DNA of 63,794 nt, counting the filler, from Reticulomyxa filosa (taxonomy: Eukaryota; Protista; Foraminifera), in NCBI GenBank assembly GCA_000512085.1. It is 17 parts of 17 records of this genome, joined end to end, with 100 filler letters (N's around TTAATTAATTAA, not from the genome) between each part and the next. Parts side by side here need not be neighbours in the genome. Positions count along the whole stretch, not along the records: positions 44,214 to 49,450 come from ASPP01018611.1; positions 49,551 to 51,638 come from ASPP01000321.1; positions 51,739 to 55,305 come from ASPP01004295.1; positions 55,406 to 56,410 come from ASPP01018016.1; positions 56,511 to 60,687 come from ASPP01020175.1; 12 more parts are not named here. The stretch is one strand, 5' to 3'. This document shows, piece after piece, positions 47,535-60,620 of the stretch (positions are counted from its first letter, which is position 1; each line of letters opens with the position of its first letter). The translations under genes and the position numbers were made by a program. The notes under the pieces are model-generated. The model was not told where the DNA came from and searched no databases. It saw nothing but the letters and a program-made list of their open reading frames with translations.

Positions 47535-48766
47535 AAAAGAAAGATATTAGGTAACAATTACTGTCCAAAAGGATGTTAAATATTCCTTTTATAATCTCTA
47601 AAGATTATAAATGAAAAATAGTAAATAAGATCAACCATTCAAATGTATATTTTAATAGAAAACATTTCAATTCAAATGTAATCTAAATTGTAAAAACAAA
47701 TGTGAGGTGTATCAAATAAAAAATATAATAAAAGTGTTTTAACAACAAGATATTGTCCCTAATACAAAATTTTCTTGTTAAAAAAATTTTTGCAAACTTC
47801 AACTTTGCAAAACTTGATCAACAAGATACTGTGTATTATGACAAGTTTTGAAGGTCATAAACAAGCAAATAGGCATCACGCACCAATTTACAGAACATGC
47901 AGAATTACTGAATCTTCATGTGTTTTTTACTTTGAAAAGATCAATTTACCATATATGAAACTCTCAAACAGTTTGAAGCCGTATTGTGAATAAGTGGATA
48001 AAACAATCAACATTTTTTAAAACAAGGTTCAATGTTAACAAAAAAACTAAGTAGCTATTTTTTTAAAAGAATTGCGTTTTCCTTAGTTGCCAAAATCGAA
48101 GTGCAAATGATTGCAAGGCCTATTATTTAAATAATAATAAGAAATTGCATTTTAAAAGGGAGGAGTTGTTTTGCATTGCAACGTATTAGAGTAATATGCA
48201 CTTCTCATAGTTCAATAATTTATTCCACTTTTGATTTTATTGTGATCATTTAAATCCAGAAAAAAACATAGAATCAAGTTGCTATAGCAATAACAGCATC
48301 TATATAGCAAATAACACTTAAGGGCTGCAACATATAAACAAGAAATTGCCAATTTAAGTTTGAAATTTGTTTAGTTAGATGATAGAGGTACATATATCAG
48401 GCAAAAACATTAATGTTACAACAAAAAGACTTTTCCTTTCAATATTTGTATGCTCTTCAATCTCTTTTGTGATTATGGGCACAATAAAAAGAAGCCTAGA
48501 TGGCTTGAAGATAATACACAGACAAAGCTTAGTAGAAAAACTGTACAAGAATCAAACAGGGAAAAAAAGAGAGGAAAAGATTAATTGACAATATTTTCAA
48601 TGGGAAGATAAGTTTTTTAAAAAATTCTTCTACCACTACACAGAAATTGTATTTGAACGAGCCATTTCATCATAAACACAGAAAAAGGGAGATGTACTCT
48701 CCCCCAAAAAATTGTTTGTGGGACATATATCTCGAAGAGTTATAAAAAAAAAAACGAGGAATGGAT

Positions 48767-49083
48767 CTACCTAAGAGTCGGTCCTTGAACGATTCCATTG
48801 GCATTGTCTTCAATGTCTTCAAGAACACCTTCCTCCAAGACATTGTTGATAGCACCCAAGTTGTCCAAGACCATTCCAAAGTTCTTATCTTTTTCGTCTC
48901 TTTCGAATTTGTTGACGACACGAACAACTTCGCTTTCTCCAAGATTATCCCTTCCATAAGTTTCTTTGGGACTGCCATGTCGATCCTCATTTCCTTCCGA
49001 CCCACTCTGTAGAGACATTTTATCGAAGTCCATGGACTTTTCGCCTCCCTTCATATTTGCTGGCCTTCCCATGTGTTTATTAC

Positions 49084-49119
<36 letters not shown>

Positions 49120-49450
49120 CATTGCCCTGGTTGTCTTCACCTCCACCGAGTGTTTGATGTTTGTCTCCATGTTCGATTTCGTCAATCACATCTTCTTCCA
49201 ACGCTCCATTCACCGCAACCACATCTTTCAATGCATTACCAAACAGCTTTCCTTGACTCGCTTCCTTCGCCAACTTCTGTTGGCTACCTTTCAACGGTAC
49301 ATTCAAATCGGGTTTTTCTCCTCTCACTTTTGACGCTTGCGTCAAGTTGTTTGTTTGGTTCCCTTTTCCGCTTTCTACATTTGTTACTATTTTTCCTTCT
49401 TGTTCCTTCTCCGCCATGTCACGCAAATCGCTTGCTTCTGTTTCGTAAGG
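48767..49450 (-). CDS. Low-complexity hypothetical protein fragment with poly-N tract
   Basis: Open frame from contig end, D/E/N/G-rich, (AAT)n coding repeat, GT donor near 48770. Confidence 0.45.
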
Positions 49451-50197
49451 NNNNNNNNNNNNNNNNNNNNNNNNNNNNNNNNNNNNNNNNNNNNTTAATT
49501 AATTAANNNNNNNNNNNNNNNNNNNNNNNNNNNNNNNNNNNNNNNNNNNNTACGACATCATGAATACTACACAAGTTTGCTGGCCTGGTCTTGACAAGAT
49601 ATATAATATTCAAAATAAACAAAATACACATATCGCTCGTAAATAGTCATCGCCATGCCAATTGGTAAATTAAATAAATACAATCATTCAAAGTAAAATA
49701 ATCAAAAAATAGAAATTGTATCAACAATATATTATCGAATTCAATTTTTGTAGCCTATTATGCTTTGTGCTGTTTTGAAAACGATTCATTCACTTGTTTA
49801 GAATTAACATACAATTATTTGTCTGGAATTATTTTGATCAAGTATAAGTTGCCACTAAAATTCAAAAAAAAGTACAATCTCTTTTTTTGAAGCAGTTGGC
49901 CATAAACAAGTTTTTGTAAAGCAAAAAAGATTAAATATTCGGACTTCACATTGGTTGTATATTTTTTCAAATTAGCATTTGTTTGTTGTACTATTATTTG
50001 ATTGCGATTCCGCCCTGCTGTTGTCACAAAAACGTTCTCTCTTTTGTCTATTTCTACGGGATTTCTTTTATTTTGTCATCCCTCAGGATTTTTTTTAGTT
50101 TTCCTTTTTGCAACCAAAAACCTTTTTGTTCAATATAAAAATCACACGTTCATTTTCATTTTGTGAATTTCTTTGAAAGCTCATAATTTAGCTTATC

Positions 50198-50909
50198 ATG
50201 GCGCAAGAGGAAAGCAAAGAGAAAGAACACCCAGAAGACGACAGTGGATACAAAGTGGCAGAGCGCAAGTCGATCGCAAAGATTATGGAGCAAGATTCAG
50301 CAGACGAAGCTTTGCAGAAATACAAGGCCAATCTGATTGGGGATATTAAGAAGGTACTCATCGACGAGAATGACAAAAGGCAAGTTTTCTTTGACAAATT
50401 GATGATTGAACCTGAAGGCAGAGATCCAATTTCTTTGGACCCTTCAAAACTAAAAGCGGATGAAGTTGCGTTCACCTTAAAAGAGGGTTGTAAGTATCGT
50501 GTTCGCATAGTGTTCCGTGTTCAAAGAGAAATTGTTTTAGGTCTTAAGAAGTTTGATGTCATTTCTCGCAAAGGTAAGTGAGCGCTTTTTTTTTTCTATT
50601 GTATCTATTTTCCTTTATAAAAAAAATTCTTGGCCTAATGTTTTTTTTTTTACGTTGAACATGGCATAATGACAATGTATACGTACGTACATAGGCATCA
50701 CTGTCGACAAAACGACACAAATGATGGGAGCCTTTGCTCCATCAACAGAAAAATCCTATGAACACCCATTCCCGGTTGAAGAAGCACCTTCCGGAATGTT
50801 GTACCGTGGTGTTTATACTGCCAAAACACAGTTCCTCGATGATGATAAAACTGTGCACTTGGCATTCCAATATCAATTCCGAATTGGAAAAGACTGGAGT
50901 AGTGAATAA
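50198..50909 (+). CDS. RDI1: Rho GDP-dissociation inhibitor; intron 50574-50694
   Basis: DEALQKYKANLIG, FTLKEGCKYRVRIVFRVQREIVLGLK, EEAPSGMLYRGVYTAKTQFLDDDK, IGKDW; GTAAGT...TAG intron in frame. Confidence 0.96.
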
Positions 50910-51738
50910 AACTGTCTGGATTGCCTTGATTTTCCCCCGTGTTAAACTTTTTGTTAACCCCCCCAAAAAAACTTTTTGCCACAAAGTAAGATTTGTGGTA
51001 GAGTTCATTTTGAAATTGCACGCCACTACACAATTCCATTGCAAAATTTAATTTTTTTTATTGGTTTGGAATTTGCCGAAATGTAAACTTGCTCATTTGA
51101 CTGAGGAAAAACTTAATTTTCGCAAACATCCCAAAACAATGCAACTTTTATTACGCTATTTTCTGGGGGGTGCTTTTTTTAGATTAAATCTCAAACAAAT
51201 ATTAATTGAACAAAATCAACACGAATTTCGATTTATTTAATACACTAACTTGCAAAGATGTATAAATTCTAAAAAAGTTCCTCGCAAAATAGTGTACATT
51301 AATAAAAAAACAAATGATGAGATTCATTTTAAAATTTTTAACGATCAAACGGTTTGAGATTGAGAATAAACAAAATAAAAGACTAAATCTTTATTTTTGT
51401 TCAAGCAATTTAAATAATAGATCGTGTTGATAGACCTCGGATGGTCCAACGAAATTGATCAATTCACGTGCGAATAACACTATTAACTTCACTTTTGTAG
51501 AAGTTTTTTATAGGATGAAACGAACAGAGAACACCTAATTTGATCTGAGGGGATCGTCCAGTAAAACTTGATATTAAAAAAAAGGACAGCAAATGATAAG
51601 TGTGAAGAAAAGTGATTTCCCATAAAAATGGATATGAANNNNNNNNNNNNNNNNNNNNNNNNNNNNNNNNNNNNNNNNNNNNTTAATTAATTAANNNNNN
51701 NNNNNNNNNNNNNNNNNNNNNNNNNNNNNNNNNNNNNN

Positions 51739-52880
51739 TATTATTGTTATTATTATTGTTATTGACGCTATTGCTGTTCTTTTTCACATTTTTTGGTATT
51801 TCTATCTCCGATTTGCTTGCGTTTGCATTGAATCGATAGATTTTGGCTTCCAATCGCAGTCGAAATGTCACAAAATGAGGGATGTTGGGCTTCAACAATT
51901 GACCGAGATATTTAGGAAAGTAAGAGAATTCATAAGGAGTTAAGAAGCCCAAAGAGCCACTCGCAAACACGATAACCGGTGGCACTGTCTTTGGCGCCTG
52001 AAATAAATTGGTCAAATGCAACAGCGTGCCATCACCGCCTAGGCATATCATAAAATCAATCCCTTCTCCAGGGTCATCTAAGCTTATCACCTTTACAAAG
52101 AGAGAGATATACATGCAAACAGATATGTACATGTTACTATGCGTAAATATACATACAAGTACGCGAATATATCTCACACAAATTTACAAAAAGAGTATTG
52201 TTTTATATCAATATAAACCTTTTTTTTTGTTGGTTGAGTTTTTTTTTTTTTAGAGGGTAAAGGGGGAGGAGGAGAGAAAGTTAAGATAATAGGAAGAACT
52301 TTGACCAAAAAAAAATTTATAAAAACTGACAGGCAAATCTTGGAACTCCTCTTGACTTGAAGGTTCAATGAAGACTTCCACATGCTTGCTTTGTAACCAT
52401 TTAATCATTTGGTGCATTTGCTTTGTTATTTCTTCACTGTTGTGTTTTTTGACCATTAGTACACGTCGCGGCTTTGATTCAAACACCACTGCTGTTCTTT
52501 TTTTTTTTTTTTTGTTTTATTGGTTGAACTGTTACTTTTGTATTCTGTTCAGCTCTGTAATGCTCCCCCCCCAAAAAAAAGAGGGGACGGAAAAAAAAGA
52601 AGATGTGGCATGGCTGTTACACACAAAAATGGAAAGACAAACTTCGTGTTGGTAGTGCCTTCTTGGTTGATGCAATCCAACGTTGTCGTATGGAATATTT
52701 GCAGATTGGACTTTGGAAGGGAGGTAATTTTGTTTGTCTTTGTCCACTATTAATACACGGGTATCCGCACGGCTTCGTACCTGTTTCGCTTTTGTCTTGC
52801 CTGATGTTGTCGTACTGCGGACTGTTGCCGTTGACGCTCTTGTGTGGGAAGGAGACGTCCGGCCTGAAATTCGATGCCAT
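51739..52880 (-). CDS. NADK: NAD kinase, N-terminal part (3'-truncated), multi-exon
   Basis: IDFMICLGGDGTLLH (GGDG motif), PPVIVFASGSLGFLTPY, RLRL. Confidence 0.92.
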
Positions 52881-53431
52881 TTCTACTCCAATCATTAAAC
52901 ACGTTTATCAACAACAAAAGTTGCGACAAAACAAACCGAAACAAAACAAACAGGCTTGGTTTTTTTTGTTTTTGGAGATATTCAATTACACATTACATTG
53001 TGTTGAGTTGGCTTATCCGCCCAAGTTGTTTTTTTGTCTTGTCCAGATTTTGCTTCCATGTTGAAATTTTTTTTTTTTGTTTTTTTTTGTGTTCACAGCC
53101 AATACTACGAAATTATTTCGTTTATGAACATCTGACCAAGATGTTGCTGTTGATTCATGTGATAACATGGATATAAGATAAATTTTTTAAAATTTTTGCA
53201 AACTAAAACGCAAGGCGAGCTGTAGCAGACATATCACATTTTTTGAGATCACAAGAACCAAATGCAATATCTTTTCTCAAGAACAGCTTACAATGTAATG
53301 TTTTTAGTTGTTAATTTCAAAAGCACTATCAACATGTGCTCAGTTATTAAAGATGAAAAATTCCACAAAGAACAAACCGGATGAATAGTTTGAAGTTGTT
53401 TTAAAATTTCCAAGAAACCCTGCAAGTTCAC

Positions 53432-54422
53432 ATGCACACTTATTGCTTTGCGTTATTACTATTTGGTATGTCTGCTTCTCTAAATCAAAAGAAGCAGAAA
53501 AAAAGGCAGAAATAATACTATTACATTTATCATATTTTTGCATTTTTCCCCCTCCTCCCTTTTCATGTCCGAAAAGAGTTGAAAAACAAAACCACAAACA
53601 AACAAAAACGGAACAGCATTATTGTGTTCACTCACTAGCGTGGAAGGTGTAAAGTCACATAAAATTAGACATGCATCAAGAGTGGACAATAGTGAAATGA
53701 GCGCGCCTATTATGAGTAGCAGAAGTGTAATAGAAACAAATGCTCCTAGCATGGGTGCTCCAAGTGTAATGGCAACAAATGCTCCTAGCATGGGTGCTCC
53801 AAGCGTAATGACAACGAATGCTCCTAGCATGGGTGCTCCAAGTGTAATGGCAACGAATGCTCCTAGCATGGGTGCTCCAAGTGTGATGAATACAAATATC
53901 CCAACCAAATCGCCAAGTGTACCAAGGACACCAAGTGCAGTGCTTTCACAGCCAACCCAAATACAAGCAGGTGAAAACACAAACAACCCCGATCTTACAA
54001 CCTCTACTTCTACCACTACTACTACTACTACCATTGCAGCAACGACAATGACGGGGAGTACATCCAAAAAACGTAGTCGCAATTCACAGTTAACTATCGT
54101 TTGGGGCACTGCTGCTGGGATTGTTGGTCTGATTCTCGTTTGCTTATATGGAGAAAATTTCTATTCTGTTACTCGCAGATGTTATCGGTATTTTTATTTA
54201 TTTATTTATATATTTTTAGCTTTAATCTTTTTTTTACTTTTTATAATACGTATACACACATGCACATATCACATAAAACATTTGCCATACAAACAATCCT
54301 TGCCATTCTCCTTCCCAAGGAAATATGTGCAAGGATACCAAGCAAGATCTTCCAATGTTTCTGCTTATGACTCTGATGAAGACGACTTGGTGGAATCTCC
54401 CGATGAAGATAATCAATTATAA
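53432..54422 (+). CDS. Type I mucin-like membrane protein: signal peptide, S/T/P-rich repeat stalk, TM helix, acidic tail; intron 53466-53616 and a second after the TM
   Basis: Spliced N-terminus MHTYCFALLLFA-LLCSLTSVEG; repeats; poly-T; TM IVWGTAAGIVGLILVCLY; tail YDSDEDDLVESPDEDNQL. Confidence 0.7.
53736..53891 (+). repeat. 39-nt coding tandem repeat x4 (TNAPSMGAPSVM[A/T/N])
   Basis: Unit ACRAATGCTCCTAGCATGGGTGCTCCAAGYGTRATGRMW, head-to-tail, in frame. Confidence 0.95.
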
Positions 54423-55560
54423 TGTGCTGAATAAAAAAAAAAAAGGGTCGACACGATTTTCTCCCAGGTTCAAGAAGAGAAGTCCCTGAGCTTTAAATAT
54501 ATGGGGAGAAAATTAAAATTAAAATAAAAAAATTAAAGACAACAAATCAAACTATAAACAAAGCAAAACAGACAAACAAACAAAAATTATTTTTTTGTTT
54601 GCTTTTGCTTTGTTTTGTTTTAAATTGTCAGATTTTGTTTATTTATCAGCAAACAAAATTAATTCAAACGTTTTAATCTCTGACTCTTTCCTCACTTTTT
54701 TCCATTTTTATCTTTTTCCATATTCGTTTTCAAATCTGATTTTAGACAAATGTAAATTAAGAAAGAGTATACACTTGCAATTATCTTAACCTTAAAGTTT
54801 TAAAGCGGAGAAACGGGCACAAAGAACAAAAAAAAGATAATCTGATTATTGTATTCTCAACAATGAAAATTTGTTTTTAAATAAAGATTACAAAGCTAAG
54901 GATCTAAATTTCTCCCAATTATTTACACTTATTCATCTAAAAGGAAAACACGTTCACGAATTGTTAAAAACCATTTGTTGAAACTGAAAAAGCAAACGTG
55001 CAATGAAAAAGAAAAAACAGTAAAAAAAAGTATAAGAAGTTCCCATATTAATGCACTTTCATTCCCACCAACGATGTTGCGTAATGTAGTTTACAAATTA
55101 CAAAATAGCAATTTATATATAAATCCAGATAATTTGAAATTTGTTTTGATTTTTAGAAAAAAAATTCAATTATTATATGTTATCTTTGTATGAAGATATT
55201 TCATAAAGAACTAATTGTTAGAGTAAAAAGAATTATATAAGAATTTTTTGATATTGTAAATAATAATAATAAAAAGAACAACACACTTTCAACCCAAAAA
55301 TCATTNNNNNNNNNNNNNNNNNNNNNNNNNNNNNNNNNNNNNNNNNNNNTTAATTAATTAANNNNNNNNNNNNNNNNNNNNNNNNNNNNNNNNNNNNNNN
55401 NNNNNTCGTATTACATTTCAGAATTTTCGGACTTTGAAAAATTTTTATTTATTTTTTAAAAATGTTTGTTTGCATTTTGGACAAGGAGGAAGGCAAGGGG
55501 GGGGGGGGGATGGAAACAAAAAAAAAAAAAGAAAAAGTAAGCTTCGTGTTTTGCTTGATA

Positions 55561-56298
55561 AAATCGGAAGAAAAAGTGAGTGGAATAAATATGAAGTATG
55601 AGTTGCGAGCGACATTAGGAACGGGTTCATTTGCGGTGGTGAAACTGGGAGTGAATCGAAGCACAGGACAACATGTGGCCATCAAGCAAATCGATAAGAA
55701 AAAGTACCAAGCCAAATGCAAAAGTGACGCCCCCGACGGCTTCAAAAATGAGTTTGAGATACTGCGAAACATCAACCATAAGAACATTATCAAACTTTAT
55801 GATGTGTTCGAAACCGAGGAAACATTGTATTTAGTGTTGGAAATAGCAAGTGGGGGAGATTTGTCCCAAAAGATCGTTCAGCAAAAAATACTTAGTGGTT
55901 AATAGTTGGTTGAGTGAAATGAGGTTTATCATAAAAAGTATAAATAATAATAATAATAAATATGTATATATACATATTTATTATTATTATTGTTATTAGA
56001 AAAGTGGTATTATTGAGTGTTTTGTGAATGGATATATTTGTTTGTTTAATGAATAGAAAACATCGCTCGCAAGGTGATGTGGCAACTGCTGTGTGGCATA
56101 AAACATTTGCATGACGGCAAAATAGCTCACCGGGACGTAAAACCGGAAAATGTGTTGCTGAAAGATAACGACTCGTGGGAAATCAAAATCACAGACTTTG
56201 GATTGGCACGTGTGCTCAACTTGGACCAGGGAACTCTCACCACACTTTGTGGAACCCCTTTGTTTTTAGCACCTGAAATATTGTCCAGTCACAAACTT
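55561..56298 (+). CDS. CAMK-group (CaMK1/Chk2-like) Ser/Thr kinase fragment; intron ~55898-56056
   Basis: LGTGSFAVV, VAIK, E(alphaC), HRDVKPEN, DFG, TLCGTPLFLAPE. Confidence 0.93.
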
Positions 56299-56510
56299 GG
56301 TTTGTTTTATATATACATACATATATGTATATGTATTTGCTTACTTATTTATTGTGTTTGTGTGTGCGTGTGCACAATAACGACAAACAATTTTTTTTTT
56401 TTTTTTTTTTNNNNNNNNNNNNNNNNNNNNNNNNNNNNNNNNNNNNNNNNNNNNTTAATTAATTAANNNNNNNNNNNNNNNNNNNNNNNNNNNNNNNNNN
56501 NNNNNNNNNN

Positions 56511-56549
<39 letters not shown>

Positions 56550-57688
56550 TTGAGAAACAACCAACCCCATTTCATCGGCTAAAATTCCATTCAAATTCAA
56601 ACGGTGCAAATTGACCAGCCATCGAAGGCCAAGCTGTTGGTAATCTTTCAAAGCCCCTCCAACCAACGAAGAGGTCTGTTTAATCTCGTGATCCATTTTG
56701 CTGCTGTCCGCTCCAACTGACAACAAAAAATCTCGCACTTCTTCGCATGTCACTATGTCTTTGCCATCTTTTTTTTTTTTCCCGCACCCAATCAAATTTT
56801 TCAAAAAATGTAAAAAAAAAAAAAAACGATGTGCTCAAAGACTTTCTTTTGACCTCTTTCCAAAACAAAACAAAAAAAAACACCCAACTTTTTTGGGCAG
56901 AGTTGGTATAATTCTTTCGAATTTTAGCAGTTAATACGCGCATATAGTTTTGAGTTTTTTTTTCCAAAGCCTCCAACCTTTCTTGTCTTTGGGCATCTGT
57001 CAGAAGTTGTTCCACTTCTTTCAACTTTTTTTTTTGGATTTTTCGTTTATAGTGATGTTGCTCTTCCATTATGTCCCATTCTTCGTCGTTCTCACCATCT
57101 CTTCGTCCTTTTCTGTGTCTCTTTTTTCGGCGTTTTTTTGGTCAACGTCACTATCATAATCGCTTCCCCGTTCTGCTAGTTTTCTTTTTTTATTAAAAAA
57201 AATAAACAATCCATATACAAACAAAACATTCTATATGCTTCTAATGCTTTCTTGCACTTCTTCAACATCATACAAGTAACCCTCTTTCTCCTCCTTTTCT
57301 CTTAGATGGATTCTTCTTTGATACGTCAGCAAATTTTTTTTTTTTTTTGGAAGCGTAAAAAGCCCGATAGCTTGTTTTTATTTTATTTTTTGTTCAAGAA
57401 AACGCACCTAGCTAATCTTTCGTCTTCTTCGAGTTGAGATGATTGGTGCACTATTCCCAGCACGTCTCTTTCGTATTCACGAATTTTCTCGTCGGCGTAT
57501 GGATGCACTAAGTGAAGAAAATCGTAAAAATGTTTTGGCCGATGCTGCATACAATCGGCACCGTCTGGACACATTGGCTTCTTCACGTGTTTCGGCTCTT
57601 TCTCCTCTTTCTTTTTGTCACTTTGTTGCTCTGCTGCCTGTGGCTGTGTATTCTCTTCTCCCGTTGGGGCAATTGTCTTATCTTCCAT
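56511..57688 (-). CDS. SNF2-family ATPase (Fun30/SMARCAD1-like start) with N-terminal PBZ-type zinc finger and UIM-like helix; 3'-truncated
   Basis: [20 protein letters not shown] (Cx5Cx6Hx5H), [11 protein letters not shown], and [29 protein letters not shown] (SNF2 Q-motif/motif I). Confidence 0.8.
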
Positions 57689-58318
57689 TTTTTAAATATT
57701 ACTTCTTGTTCTTGATCCAAAAAAAAATGTTCAAGCGAAGACGTGAATGCTCACGAGTTTTTACTTTTCCACCAGTATTTTCTTGCAAAAAAAAAAATTA
57801 TGTATGTGCAGTTTTATATATCAGCATGTATACGCTTCGTGTTATTGTAAACTACTAGACCTACGTTTAAATATTATTATGAAATATACTCACAAATTAA
57901 AACTAATGGGTTGTACTCTTTATTTTTATTTGGAAAGTTTTTAGATACAAAAAACAAACATGTTTTCGTTTTATTTTTAAAATGTTAATGAAATTATAGA
58001 TAAAATTTTAAAAATATCGCTGAGAACCCTTCTGTAAGAAAAAATGTATTGTTTTTCTTTCGAAAGTCTAAAAAGTAACTAGCAATTCAAAACAAACAAA
58101 AGCCAAAAAAAAGACGTTTGCTCTCTTTTGATTGGAGACGCATACTGTACTCGACAACCAAGCGTAAAAGTGTTTCCAGCACATTTGAATGACAAAGTTA
58201 TTTCGGCGTGTCACAACCAAATCTGAGAAGATATATGTTTTTTTTTCCCTTATCGCATGTACAACGTACATGTTTATATGTATGCATTTATATCCATGTA
58301 TGCCCATGTTATGAAAGT

Positions 58319-58627
58319 TTATAAGTCGTGTTTATCATTACTTTTGTGTTTGTTTTGACCTTTGTGTCTTCGTCTCGATTTTGAGGGATATTTCCACTCT
58401 TTGCTCATTTCTTCAATCAATTGAGTGTGATTGGAAGACAGTGTATTGGACGGAAAAACGATACGAAAATCAATGAGCATGTGTCCTCTTGAATTTTGTT
58501 TATAGCGAGGTAATCCCTGACCTTTCAACTTGTAAGTACTCTGTGGGGTCACCTATTGTCCCAAACATTTCATTTTATGTATTGATTGATTGTATCCCTT
58601 CTCCTTCATCCTCTGTTCCTCAATCTA

Positions 58628-58660
<33 letters not shown>

Positions 58661-59779
58661 GTATATACATATATATAAACTTGATCAAGATGAATAGTCT
58701 CAACCCCACCATCAATAGTGGGTATCTCAACATCGCATCCCAACAAAGTCTCATGTAAATAAACGTCAGCAGTATAAAATATGTCACTGCTCAAGCCTTT
58801 GCTTTTTTTGTCGTGGCCATGGCTCTGTCCACTTTTCAATCCGCCACGACCATACAAAGGGTGTGGGTTGACAACGACTCGAAACTCCTCTCCATTTTTT
58901 TTGAGCACCACTCCATCGGGACAGCCCTTGGGTATCTTAATGTCGAAGCTTTTTCCATTCACTTGAACCGTTTTCGTCGAGTCTTCCAAAAGGTCTTCCA
59001 AATTTACTTTGACCACATGTGTCTTGGGTTTTGAAGGAGTGTGGTGCATACCTTCATGCGATCGACCGTGATGCTCTTGTTGTTGAAATGGGTTCTGGCC
59101 TCCTCCTCCTCCTTCTCCTCCTCCTCCTCCTCCTGCCCCTGGTCTACTACCACGTGTAAAGCCCTGAGATGAGTACTGTCCTCGTCGTTCTCTTTGGTCT
59201 TTACCAAAAAAGTGCGAAAACAATTCATCCAAATTAAATTCTTCAAAATTGAAATTGAAATTTTCACCCCCTCTCTTGTTCCCTTGCGCAATGTTTTCTT
59301 GGTACCCAGAAGCATCATATTCTTTTCGTGTCTTTTCGTCACTCAATACTGTCATTTAATATTTATATTTGTGTATATTTTATAATAATAATAAAATCAT
59401 CACTTTCAGTTTTTATTTGGACTTCTTAACGCTCATAGCATTTTGCCATCTCTTTAAACTTTTCTTCAGCTTTGAGTTTTTCTTCTTCTGTCACTCTGTC
59501 GGGGTGATAGCGCATTGCCAATTTACGAAATTTCTTTTGGATCTCCTTCGCTGACGCATCGTTCTTTACGTCTTCATTTCAATTGCCACACATTTTGTTG
59601 TGCAAGTTTTTCATTCAAAGATGACGTGTTTTTTTTTGTTGTTGTGTTGTCGTTTTTATGGTTAGGTGTTTGCGCCTACCTAGAATTTGGTAACAATTTT
59701 TTTTGGCGTCAACAGCTTGCAATGAATTTAGAGAGAATATCAAGCAAATGAGATAAATTCCCCAAGATAGAGAACCCAT
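58319..59779 (-). CDS. ER-type DnaJ/Hsp40 (class B, ERdj3/Scj1-like), multi-exon
   Basis: Signal-like ILGIYLICLIFSLNSLQAVDA; NCYQILG; KLAMRYHPD; LSDEKTRKEYD; G/F-rich region; LLGCDVEIPTIDG; LKGQGLP..RGHMLIDFRIVFP; ends KHDL. The start requires a 1-nt homopolymer correction. Confidence 0.9.
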
Positions 59780-60082
59780 TTTATTCAACTAAAATGTGCC
59801 GATAAATATTTCTTAAAAAAGAGGGTATTTTTCAAAAACCTGAAACAAAAGACTGAACTTGGCTCTGGCTTCAGTTTTTCATAAGAACGTTCAGTATATC
59901 GTCTTCGCTGGAAAATTTTTCATTTTTTTTAGGCGCTACAAAGATCTAGTTTTCAATTCTTTTCTGTTTTATCACATCGTACAAAATCTGCTCGTTGCGG
60001 TTTGCAGGACAAAGAGGCGAAAAACTTTCGAGTCAAAGTTTGGAAAGAGGCCTCCTGGGGTATTCGTTAGAATCTATTGTTA

Positions 60083-60620
60083 ATGGCTGCGACATTGTGT
60101 TTTGAAGAAGTAAACGAGGGAGAAGGACATCCAATACCAGGAGCATTATTGTGCTGTAATATTAAGTCCAATCTCCATGATGAGCAATTTTTGGACAAAC
60201 TGACCAAAAAACTCTCTGCCCAAAAACTAGGTTTAGTCAATAGCAGTACAAAATGATGTTTTGTAAGAACTCAAAGCAAACAAAGGAAACAACACAAAAC
60301 AAAAAAAAAGCCAATCAAGAGATCGCATTAGAAATTGCCAATGAAATTAGTGATCAATGTGACAGATTGGCAAAAGGGCTTCACGAAAGAAGCGCAGCGC
60401 TGATCGAAGAACTGAGCAGAAGATCACAAGAAAACACAACCAAATTGGAAGAGGCATTGAATGTGATAAACCTTCACCGATTCAAATTGAAGCAAACCAA
60501 GACCGACAAAAAGCGGTTGGGAACGGAACAATTAGAGAAGTTGTTCGACTCCAATGAAAACCAGCATTTCATTCAATTATTGACACAACAAATGAGGTTA
60601 AATTGTACTTTCCCAGAAGT
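60083..60620 (+). CDS. Hypothetical helical/coiled-coil protein, N-terminal exons (truncated)
   Basis: MAATLCFEEV...KLSAQKL exon followed by helical ANQEIALEIANEISDQCDRL... exon; divergent from the DnaJ gene. Confidence 0.45.

Noticed and set aside
53736-53891. Possible CRISPR array
   Set aside because: Units are head-to-tail with no unique spacers, a multiple of 3, in frame within a membrane-protein gene; no cas genes.
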